NCBI RefSeq assembly: GCF_009914755.1
Contig: NC_060937.1
DNA: 64,000 nucleotides
Source of the DNA: the human T2T-CHM13v2.0 reference genome, Homo sapiens
Direction: 5' to 3' (one strand)
A model generated the notes under the pieces. It was not told the origin of the DNA. It made no database searches and worked only from the letters and a program-made list of their open reading frames with translations. The translations under genes were made by a program, and so were the position numbers. This document shows, piece after piece, positions 1-11,805 of the stretch; within the stretch, counting starts at the first letter, position 1, and every line of letters begins with the position of its first letter.

Positions 1-2746
1 GATCTTTCAACCTGAAATCATGGGACTCCACAGGACATCACCTGACATCATCTTAGCCAGAGCGAAGCAAGCCGCAGGGCAGGCACACTTCAGGAGAATC
101 TCGGAGTCAATGGCCAAGGTACCAAGGGGTCTCTCATCACAAAAGCCAGAAAAGAATCCAGATCAAAGCAAGGGAACATGTCTAAGGAGTAGGCAAAATT
201 GGTTGATTCGGGTAAATTCAACTTTTATAAATCTGGTGATATGATCCTCTAGAATTTGTCAGATCCAAGGGGTGATTTTGAAAGAACTGTGGTTTCAGAC
301 TATAAATGAATGCGACAGTCTTTAAGACAGAAATAATATTATAGCATGCTAATGTGGCAGGATCACAACTGACTTTCCTTCCAAGAGGGAGAACTTGGGA
401 TTTGACCGGGAATTTTAAAAAGGAGCAATAACGCAGTAGGAGAGAGACAAAAAATGTCTTTGTGTCTGGGGGTGGTGGGGGGACTTAGGAGTGTTGATCT
501 GTGAGAGCAAAGGAGAGCCACACGGGACAGACCTGGAGGTTGGGAAAGCGCACAGATTTTCCTGTGTTTTATGATACACTCAAATACACAGAGCAAAGTT
601 TTCTAGAGATGCCTTTATTGACATTTTACTAAAGATCAAGAAAATGCCATTTACGCATATCCAGGAATATTATTTTTTAACTTTCCCCATAAATTCCATG
701 AGTCCCTGCCTCCTGCTTGTCCTCCCACTGAAGGCCTCTTGCCATAGTGATGGAAGAAGGCAGAAAATAGGAGATGGTTGGAGAAAAGACCAATGTCATC
801 GAGGAGGGAAACAAAAGACAATCTGGATATGTAATCAGCAGATTTAGAATTAAAACAGGGTTAGAAAATTCTCTCTCTCTGAAAGAGAGGACAGTTTAAT
901 GGGGGTGTGGAATTGGTGGGGAGAGTTTGCACCATGCCTGGAGACTCTGGAGCAGACACACACACAGCTTTTGCGAGATGAAGACTTTTCCTGGGAAGGA
1001 CACGTTCACTTCTAGTAAAACACAGCACAGGCCATTTCCATGTAATATTTGGGACGGTAGCTGAATCTGGTGCCCACATGCACAAAACAAGACAGTATCT
1101 GGCCCCAACCATAGGGCTGAACCCAGCCTCTGGCATGTGGTGCAAGTCAACACCTGAACGAGTGCATCATTCAAAGAACCCTATCTCCTAAACAGCCCAG
1201 GCTCCAGAGATACAGGGAGGCCAAAGGCTTAGATAAATTCCGAGGGTTATGGGCTTATTTAGGAAGTTTGCATTTCAGCAACCCAATCGAGAGACTGCAA
1301 GGCAAGGCAGTGGCTAAAAATATTTGGATCATCAACCAAAATTTTAGAGGGAATTCTGTTAACTTTTGTTAAGAGAAACGAGGGCTTTCTGTGGAACATG
1401 TGGCTATGGAGAGGAAAAAGGGAGTAACTTTTTGCCCTTTTCCTAAGCCACACAGAGCCCCGTGAGCATTCATTGCCGCAGTGCCTCGTGCGCGTTCGGA
1501 GTATCTCAGTACAGTGATTTTTGTGCAGAAACTTCTTTGAATAATATTAGTTATCAGCCATATAAACATTGTTGAATTATCAGAATCCTGAATTTGTGGG
1601 GAAGACGTTTAAGACCCCAATTTTGGACCCTACGTGTGTATCCTCCTAACTGGAGCCCCCAGGTCTCAGGGAGAAGTCCCCAGAGGCTGGGAGGGTGTCA
1701 CTGTTGCCATCAGGGCTCAAATACTGACATTTAGGAACACATAAAGAATCCCTGTGAAACAGAAGGAACGGACCTAGGAAGATAGGGCCATTTGAGGAAC
1801 ATCAGTGTTCTCTAAGTATCTATTTGTGTGAACCAGCTCGCAGAAAGTGAGCGTTTCTGGTAGTCTTCAAAGAAGAAACGGGTGCTAACTTGTAAGCAGT
1901 TTAAGCCAAGTGACCAGAGCTTTAGGGGGTGCGGCGTTGCCTGAGGGGCAGGAGTGGCCAAAATCAGCATAAAACGTGCAAAGTGGGCTGTCATGTAATA
2001 ATACACCGCACAGGCAGAGAGGCCTTTGGTCAGCTCCTCAAGTCCTCTGTAGATGTTCCTTACCCTCGGCGCGCACCAGCCTCTGCCGCCTGCTGTGGCC
2101 CTGAACTTCGGACTCTTCTCTGGCCTAGCCCGCCCTTGGCTGGGGTGCTCGGGCCTGGCCCTAGCGGCGGGGCCCTCCAGGGTGGATTAAGTCTCCAAGA
2201 CTCCGGGACCACCAGGCTCACCATGCAATGAAACTGTTTCTGGAGTTTTCCTGTCCCTGCTTTCCCTCCCGAGTCCCGGGCCAGGCTGCGTCCGGTGGGC
2301 ACCGAGGACGCCCAGAATTGTTGGGAATCTGGGCGGAGGCCCGTCGTGGGCTTGGAGGCCACCGGGTCCAGCAGAGGCAGAGGCCTCTGTGCCACGCACG
2401 CACACACACCTGCTCTCCTCCGTGTGTCCACATACACACGTCTATGCACACACCTGCTCTCCATACATGCACAGCCCCACACACAGTCGGCCCTTTATGT
2501 GCACACACACTCGTGCACACAAGCGGCCCCCTCTCCTCCGTGCATACAGGCGCACACACAGCTGGCTCTCCTCTTTGAGCACACACACTCAAGCACACAC
2601 CCGGCCCCGCTCTTCCAAGTGCACACACACTCCTGCACACACTAGTCCCTGCTCCCCCCCCCCACACTCGCGCACACAGCCGGCACTCTCTGCTCCCTGC
2701 ACACAAACACACATCCTGACATACCCGGCCCCCTACCTGCTGCCCC

Positions 2747-3470
2747 ATGTGCACACACACTAGTGCACACACCAGTCCCCGCTCCCTCACATGCACACAC
2801 ACTAGTGCACACACCAGTCCCCGCTCCCTCACATGCACACACACTAGTGCACACACCAGTCCCCGCTCCCTCACATGCACACACACGAGTGCACACACCA
2901 GTCCCCGCTCCCTCACATGCACACACTAGTGCACACACCAGTCCCCGCTCCCTCACATGCACACACTAGTGCACACACCAGTCCCCGCTCCCTCACATGC
3001 ACACACTAGTGCACACACCAGTCCCCGCTCCCTCACATGCACACACACGAGTGCACACACCAGTCCCCGCTCCCTCACATGCACACACACGAGTGCACAC
3101 ACCAGTCCCCGCTCCCTCACATGCACACACACGAGTGCACACACCAGTCCCCGCTCCCTCACATGCACACACACGAGTGCACACACCAGTCCCCGCTCCC
3201 TCACATGCACACACACGAGTGCACACACCAGTCCCCGCTCCCTCACATGCACACACACTAGTGCACACACCAGTCCCCGCTCCCTCACGTGCACATGCAC
3301 TAGTGCACACACTAGTCCCTGCTCCCCCACGTGCACACACACTCTTGCACACAGCCGGCCCCGCTCCCCCACGTGCACACACCAGCTCCCGCTCCCCCAC
3401 ATGCACACACACTCGTGCACATAGCCGGCCCCGCTCCCCCATGTGCACACACACTCTTGCACACAGCCGG
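2747..3470. repeat. Promoter-proximal minisatellite, 42-bp unit (40-bp variants), degenerate copies extending to ~2390
   Basis: Unit CAGTCCCCGCTCCCTCACATGCACACACACGAGTGCACACAC repeated in tandem; 14-aa periodicity in the ORF track. Confidence 0.95.
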
Positions 3471-3711
3471 CCACCTCTCTCTCCGGACACACACAGTCAG
3501 AGGCGCGCACAAACACAGTCCCTTGGCCGCCGAGCGCACGCCGCGCGCGCGCACTGCCCGTCCCGGCGCAGGCCCCAGCTACATCTCCGCACGCGCACGC
3601 GCACACACGGACACGCGCGCACAGCCCCTCCCCGCTCTCCCAGGGCGCGCAGCACTGGCGGGAGGAGCGGGAGACCGAGGAGCAGCAGAAGAGGAGGAGG
3701 AGGGCGCCGAA

Positions 3712-3720
3712 GGCGCGAAA
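3712..3720 (-). promoter_or_regulatory. Canonical E2F/DP site TTTCGCGCC
   Basis: GGCGCGAAA on + equals TTTCGCGCC on -, matching the TTTSSCGC consensus, about 100 bp upstream of exon 1. Confidence 0.7.
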
Positions 3721-3829
3721 AGGCGCGCAGGCGCGCTGCGCGGAGCGGGCCCGCCGCCGCCCACGTCACCGCGCCGCGCGCACGTCACGCCGGCCCGACG
3801 CTCGGCCAGGGTGAGCCCCGCGTCCCGGC

Positions 3830-3968
3830 GCCACTCGGCCCAGGGCAGGGACCCCGCCACGGCCGGGACCGCCCGGCCCGGCCCCAGCCCGCGCCTCTCC
3901 GCGCCGCCCCGCGCTCCGCACCGCGCCCTCTCCGCGTCCCCGCCCGCGCGGCCGGACCGGGCAGCCAG
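3830..3968 (+). other. TFDP1: TFDP1 exon 1 (5'UTR, non-coding; 5' end approximate)
   Basis: Donor CAG|GTGCGG at 3968/3969 inside the CpG island; joins exon 2 as in the TFDP1 mRNA as I recall it. Confidence 0.75.
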
Positions 3969-4917
3969 GTGCGGGTGGGCAGGGGATGCCGCGGGAGCCG
4001 CGGGCGGGAGCCGGGGGTGCGGGCGGGACCCCCGGCCACCCCATCCCTTGCCCCGGCCGCGTGTAGGCGCCGCGCGGCCCCGACCCGCGCCCTCCCGCGC
4101 CCTGCGCGCTCCTGTGCCTCGGGGACCCCGCGCGCTCGGCGCTGGTAGGGGCTCCCCAGGTGACCGCGGGGCGGGGGTCCCGGGCCCGGCCCTCCCGGCC
4201 GACAGCAGCGTCCGCGCCCCACGCTGGAGGTGGGGCCGGGGCCGGGGCCGGGGCTGGGGCCAGGGTCGGCCGGAGCGCGCAGGGCGGGGGAGGGGAGGCC
4301 GCCCCACGGCGGCCCGCGGGGACCCGGTTCCGGCGCGCGCGGGAGGCGCCTCGTGCGGAGGCGGCCCGAGGCCTAGTGACAGGCGCGCGGCGCGGACCCC
4401 GGAAGCCCACCTGTCAGAGTTACCGGTCAGCCGGGCGGGCGCCGCCGGGGTCTGGGGTGGACGCCGCGAGCCTGCACGTTGCGCCGGGACCCCGGGGCTG
4501 TGCCCAGGTGGGTGGTGGGGCACCCCCCTGCAGCGGCGGGAGGGAGGCGCTGCGCCCTGGCTCCTGGGGCTCGGCCCCACCCTCGGCCGCTGGGCGGGCC
4601 GTCGGGGACCTGGGGGTAGTGGTGGTGACCCTGCGGGCCCGCGGGCCACTTTTCCGCAGGGGGCATTTCCGTCTGGCGAGGCGACTGAAAATCCTGAGTG
4701 TGGGAGTCGGTTTGGCCAGCTCCGCTCTCAGGATGGAGGGTGCCTTTGGGAAGGAAGGTCCGCGTTTCCTTTGAGATGTGTTATTTTTTAAACTTCGTTT
4801 TTCATTCTTACTTATTTCTTGTTTTTCCTTACTTTTTTTTTTTTTTTTACCAGAAAAATCATTTTTCTTCTCTGGGAAGGTGAACATTTGTAGCATTGAT
4901 TTCCCGGATCTGGTAAC

Positions 4918-4929
4918 ATGGCAAAAGAT
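4918..4929 (+). CDS. TFDP1: TFDP1 exon 2 coding part (MAKD); exon spans 4854-4929
   Basis: Long polyT acceptor ...ttaccag|AAAAATC; strong Kozak aacATGg; donor GAT|GTAAGT. Confidence 0.93.
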
Positions 4930-5336
4930 GTAAGTATGTTTGCTTCATGCTGCACACGAATGTTTGCCTCGCACTAAATTCTTTGTAGTTCTCTGCCTTT
5001 ATTTCAGAATGACAACACATAAGCTACAGTAGTGTTTATTTTCAGACTTTTAAAGCGTCTGAAGCGGGATGAAGGTGAAAGATGGAAGGATCTGATCTCT
5101 GAAGCTGCGGTCACCACCCACAAGTTGTGGCCTTGGATACCACACTGCAGTTGGGTGGTGATGGGGTGGTGCCTTCTGACTTTTTCCTTATCTTTACCGA
5201 CTGTGTTAATTGATAATTTTAAATAAACGCCTTAATTAAATTGAGGTGGAGGGTGTTGCAGCACCGCAGCGAATCCTGCATTTCTTGGGGGGCTTCCACA
5301 TGAGACGCTGGACGGGGGCCAGGCTCAGGGCTCAGG

Positions 5337-5355
5337 CTGTAGCCACCTGCTGGCA
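5337..5355 (-). promoter_or_regulatory. Candidate CTCF motif
   Basis: Minus strand reads GCCAGCAGGTGGCTACAG, a close match to the CTCF core; motif match only. Confidence 0.35.
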
Positions 5356-6559
5356 CCTGTCTTCCTACAGAGGAAGTTAATTCCACTTGGGTGGACCAAG
5401 AGCTAAGGACTTGTTTTGGCCACTTTTTTTCTCAGAAGGATGAGATTTCCTGATTTATGAAATCTGGTAAAAAATGCTACTTAGCCTGCTTTGCAGTTGT
5501 CATGAAACTATAGAATATTTTGAAAATTTTTTAAAGCCAGAAATTTAGTCTATTTTATTGGTGTGCGGTTCTTTACCGTGCTTGGTTATGTCAGTCACTG
5601 AAACACCAGCTGGATTCTTTAGTGTTTCCCACCGTGCATCGTTTTGTAACTGAGTGAAAGGTGCTGTTGATGTGTTTACCTACTTACCGCACAGAGTTGG
5701 AAAGAGTCCGCACATGCTGCCTCTGCCTGAGATACATCTGTAGCGAAAATGCGTCCAGAGTGTGGAGCCCTCTCCGTTGGCGCAGAGGTTTCAGTGGTCC
5801 CTGCGAGGCCTTTTGGGGTGTCTGCCCTCCCTGACCTGCGACCAGGCATGTCACACGGCATCCCTGCCTTCAAGCACTGGGGTCCCCTTTAGAGAGGGTG
5901 TGTGAGCACCCAGGTGGACCCAGTGTGAGTTTTTGAAGTCATATCTGGCTGTGCTGCGAGACTACTTTTATCCTCTCCACTGTGCTTGTCCGTACCATGC
6001 CCTGACCTCGTGCGGGCATGCACTCAGAATGCCAGATGTGGGCATGTGCTCAGCGCGCAAGCCATGTTCATTACATCTCCTCATGGTGAGGAGCTGGACC
6101 CAGGGCCTCGGTTAGAGCACGCTTCTGGTGTTGTGTGGTTTCCTGTGTGGTTTCCTCAGATGGTTCTCAAACACGCTTTGATACATAATGGATGGTGTTT
6201 TCGGGGCCCTCTTTCATTCCCCCGTGATTTCACTGGCACTGTCTGTGAGCAGCATGTAGTGTGAGGCTGGGGGTGGGGGGCGTGTGGAAAGGTGGTCCGG
6301 CTCTGCAGGACCCTGAATGCTCCATCCAGTGTGGGCACCTGAGACGCAGCATTTGTCAGGAACTGCATAGGCACAGGGGCTGGGGGCTCACCTTGCACTC
6401 AGGGGTTGTGATCTGAGTTGGGGGTTGGCGCTGGGAGGAGAGTAGGATTCTGCAGCTGGTGAGGCCTTCCCTGCTCAAAGCCTGGGAGTGGTCAGGAGTG
6501 CTGGGTCTGGATGGAAAGTGAGGTTGTGAACAAGTCAAGGAATTTGATGTTTTCGCTAG

Positions 6560-6843
<284 letters not shown>

Positions 6844-6938
6844 TAGCTAACTCTTTTAAGTAGAGGTGTGACATTTGAGTTTTGAAAAGATGATGTTGGC
6901 AGCTTTTGCAGAAGGGAACATCGATAACCAGTTAGGTG

Positions 6939-7229
6939 TTTTGTTTTTGTTTTTTGAGACGGAGTTTTGCTTGTTGCCCAGGCTAGAGTGCAATGGCGCG
7001 ACCTCAGCTCACTGTGACCTTGGCCTCCTGGGTTCAAGCAGTTCTTCTCCTCAGCCTCCCAAATAGCTGGGATTACAGGCGCGCCACCACACCCAGCTAA
7101 TTTTTTGTTAGTAGACACGGGGTTTCACCATGTTGGCCAGGCTTGTCTTGAACTCCTGACCTCAGGGGATCCACCCACCTCGGCCTCCCAAAGTGCTGGG
7201 ATTACAGGCGTGAGCCGCTGTGCCCAGCC
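6939..7229 (-). mobile_element. Alu (S-type)
   Basis: Antisense Alu; TSD ACCAGTTAGGT on both sides. Confidence 0.95.
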
Positions 7230-7739
7230 CACCAGTTAGGTTTTTAAAAGCACTGGTACTGCAGTAAAACCACAGGTGTATGTCAAAAGCCTTTATGCTG
7301 GGGGAAAGCTGTGCCACTTGGGTTGAAGGAGGCAGGCCTCCAGCTTCTAAGTGCCCTGGGGCCTCTGTAGAGGGCCATGAGGGGCCACAGGATGCAGGGA
7401 GCTGGAGCTAGGCCCTGGTAGTCACCATGGAGGAGGAGAAACAAGGACATCCAAGACCTGAGGCTGGAAGGTTCTGGAGAGAACACAAGAGAAAAACAAC
7501 TCCGGAGCTTCCAACCTCAAGTAGGGCACAGGGAGACAAGCGGGTGGGAAAAGGCCACAAATGGCTCCATGTGAGTGAGGGGCAGAAAGAAGAGGATGAG
7601 GTCAGTCCTCTGGGGGTGTCATCTTTGAACAGCAGTTGACAGGCAGTGGGTGTGAAGGTCTATATGGCAAGGAGCTACACACGAGGGAGGAGAGAGGTAC
7701 TCTGAAAAGTTTGCAGAGTGGGTAGGAAATGACTGTGGA

Positions 7740-8150
7740 GCAGTGAGGAGAGTGATCAGTGATGGTGTAGTAGTTAGAGAGTGAGTGGTGGTGGACTTGA
7801 TGGAGAGTGAGTGGTGGTGCTGGAGTGGTGGAGAGTGAGTGGTGATGGTAGATTGGACGGAGAGTGAGTGTGGTAGACTCGGGGACAGTGAGTGGTGATG
7901 GTAGATTGGATGGAGAGTGAGTGGTGGTAGGACTGGGGGAGAGAGAGTGGTGATGGTGGTGTAGGTGGAGAGTGAGTGGTGATGGTGGAGTTGGTAGAGT
8001 GAGTGTGGTGATGGTGTTGTGGGTGGAGAGTGAGTGATGGTAGTGTTGTGGGTGGACAGTGAGTGGTGATGGTGGTAGACTGGAGGAGAGTGAGTGTGGT
8101 GATGGTGTTGTGGGTGGAGAGTGAGTGGCGGTGCTGGAGTGGGTGATGTA
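7740..8150. repeat. Degenerate G-rich simple repeat (GGTGGAGAGTGAGTGGTGAT-like)
   Basis: Almost no C on the + strand; recurrent GAGTGAGTGGTG words. Confidence 0.85.
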
Positions 8151-9808
8151 GGGTCACAGAAGGAGGAAACAGCCTAGAAGGTGGCTGCCTTTGATGGTCC
8201 TTGAGTGGGCCCAGCTGGAGAAATGGTGAGAAGGATTAGGTTTCTGTTGTCTTGCTCAGGGACTTTTTATTTTATTGCACTTATTTGAATTAAAATGGTA
8301 AATTCAAATGGAATATTTGTGTTTATACTCTGTTAAGTGGGAGAATGTGGAGAACAGGAGTCAGCTGCCATACGGCCACCTGGCTGGCTCCGGGAACCTG
8401 AGGCCTGGTCTTGCCCAGCAGGAGCGCTGGCATAGCATGGATCACTTACAGAAATTTATGATCAAGATTATGGGCTGCTCCTGGCAATATGGGGAGGATT
8501 TCCTTGCTGTGGGGACTGTCTGTTTCCATGCCTGGCCCACCCGGTCTGTGATAGCCTCAGGTGCAGTCCTGTCTTAAGTTTGGAGACACCCTGGGAGGTC
8601 CGTACAGACTCTTTGAGTTTCTGAACTGTCCTCGAAACATCTCAGGCCCTCCGCCTCAGGGCCTAGGGAGGCTGTCCTCTGGTTCCTGAACAGGGTGGCT
8701 CTGACCCGCAGATCTGTGGGCTCCCGTTGCAGGTACCGGTGGTGCTCGGAACCGTCCTCAGATTCAGTCTTGGAAGGTGCTTTGGCACCTCCTTAGAGTC
8801 GGACAGACCCTTGTCACGAGTCAGTCCAGCTGCAGGGGCTCAAGTTGTTCTAGAGCTGGGCTGGCAGGGCCCTTGGGTGAGGGAGTGTGGCTTGGCACTG
8901 GCATCTCAGCCTGCGGCCAAGTTTCCTGCCTGCCCAGGCAGCATGACCCTTGGTGGGATCAGGCAGAGCTCTGCCTCTCCCCTCCCTACCTCGGAACATC
9001 CTGTCGTCACACACGATTGTCCAGTGTCATGAAAGTTTGTAAGTGGGAAGGCAGGCAGATGATGAATTCATCAAACATTACAGGGATGCTTTTGCTGTAA
9101 GACTTCGGGATGTAGCCCGTGTGGGGCTGTTTCTGGGGTCCCGTTCGCCTCTCCAAGCTCCTCCTGCCATTGGTAAAGATGCAGGGCATCTGAACTCGCT
9201 CTTGGGCTGTGCGGGCACTTGGACCTGGTCAGCTCCCTGTGCAGAGAACGTGGCTGTGGACGTCACTGCCCGGTATTCACGTGCCTTGGTTGTGAAAGCC
9301 GTTCTGTGGTGCCTGTTTGTGTCCTGTGAGTTTATGGGGAAATCCTGAAATTGAGAGCTGGGGACCAAGAGAACTGTGTGCGTCCCACCATGGAGGCGTT
9401 TGAGTGATGCTGTCACGAGGCTCTGCTAATGCCAAGAGGGGACCAATGAGCTCCTCTAAGGGTCTACCACCAGGTGTCCTTTTACAGACCTGGATGGTGA
9501 AGTTCAGGCCTGAAGAGGTGAACCTGATGCAGCAACAAACTGCTGTTTCCTTCAGTGCTTGAAGGAGTGAGTTCTGGGAACAGGATTCAGCGACTCAGGC
9601 CTTCTTTTGTCCTCATAAAGAAACAACTTTACATTTGAGGTTAAGAAGGTTGTCAGTTTAGCCCCCTCAGGTTTAAGTGTTGAAGAAATCTATGATGACG
9701 TGCTTGTTTTTACAAGAGTCTTTTCATATTTCAGGATTTTTTTTTTCTACATAGGATGAGGTTAGAGAAACTCTGAAGGGATATTAAAAATTAGAAAATT
9801 ATAGGTTG

Positions 9809-10121
<313 letters not shown>

Positions 10122-10149
10122 TTATAGGTTAATTAAAAGTTTTGCCCCT

Positions 10150-10439
<290 letters not shown>

Positions 10440-11178
10440 AAAAGTTTTGCCCCTAAAACATGCTTTAAAAGAGGTATTATAGGAACATCTGGTATAAAAT
10501 TCAAAGAATAAAAAAGGACATCTTTTTTCTTACATAATCAGCTCTTTGTTAGCTCTTTACTTTTGGTATTTGGAAGAAATCTCTGGAGTTCGTTGTGTAA
10601 GAATTGGAAACCTCACCTTTGGTGCACAGCTCGATTTGCAGTAGAAGTATCAGGTGCTCTTTAGGGGATGTTAAAAACTTTTCACTCTTGGTATTTACAT
10701 TAAAAAATACTTTGTTGTAGAACAATTAGAAAATCCAGATTTGCAGTTGATATTTAGCTTGACTTACAGTGTGGCTTTCTGCTGTTTGTCATAAGAGACT
10801 AGATTTGTCAAGTTTTGCTTAGAGAGGAGGACTGGTAGCAGCAGGTGGCTTAGACTACGTGTGGGGATGGATCTGCGAGGGGAAGGGCAGATGTCAGCGT
10901 TGGCTGAATTAGAGGCTGAATTAGGTGACCCCTCATCCCCCAGGTGTCTTACTCAGATGATTCTGGTTGTTCGGGTACTGGCCATGCACTGCTCTCTGTA
11001 TCTTTGTGTGTAGCCCAAGCCTGGAAAAGCATCCGCCCTTTGTACCTTTTTCCCGACTGGCTGAGATTCCCGCAGCATCCCGACTCCGCTTCAGGGCTCC
11101 TGTGAGGACAGGGACTATGGCTTTTAAGTTGTCGCACAGGTCATGGGCACTATTCACATGTGCTGCAGGTAATTTTGA

Positions 11179-11537
<359 letters not shown>

Positions 11538-11805
11538 TGAATCCTGTTTTTCTATGGTCCAGTTTCTAAGGGATTCTGGTCTGATGAATGAAAACCTTGT
11601 GTGTCCCCTGTGGCTTTGGGATACAGTATCTTTTAACACAGGTGCTTGCCCTGTGCACCCTGGTCTTCTGTTCATTAACATCGCGTCACTGGGGTCTGAG
11701 GAAAAGAGACAGTGTGATCCGCTCCAGTGAATGGGGAAGCAGGAGAGGGTCAGAAACCTGAATGGGTCAGCCCAGAATCCAGCATTGCCAACACATCCCT
11801 GGCCC

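Larger units (their letters stand above)
3500..4730. promoter_or_regulatory. CpG island / TATA-less TFDP1 promoter
   Basis: Very high GC and CpG density spanning exon 1 and intron 1. E2F-, NRF1- and CRE/UPRE-like motifs and GC boxes are visible. Confidence 0.93.

Noticed and set aside
1-2380. Upstream region as a divergent gene or lncRNA
   Set aside because: No convincing ORF or exon chain; only a weak CTCF-like match near 2083-2098.
2997-4791. Long ORFs (383, 486 and 356 aa) over the promoter
   Set aside because: Products of the minisatellite plus the stop-poor CpG island; low-complexity Arg/Pro/Gly/Ala with no domain.
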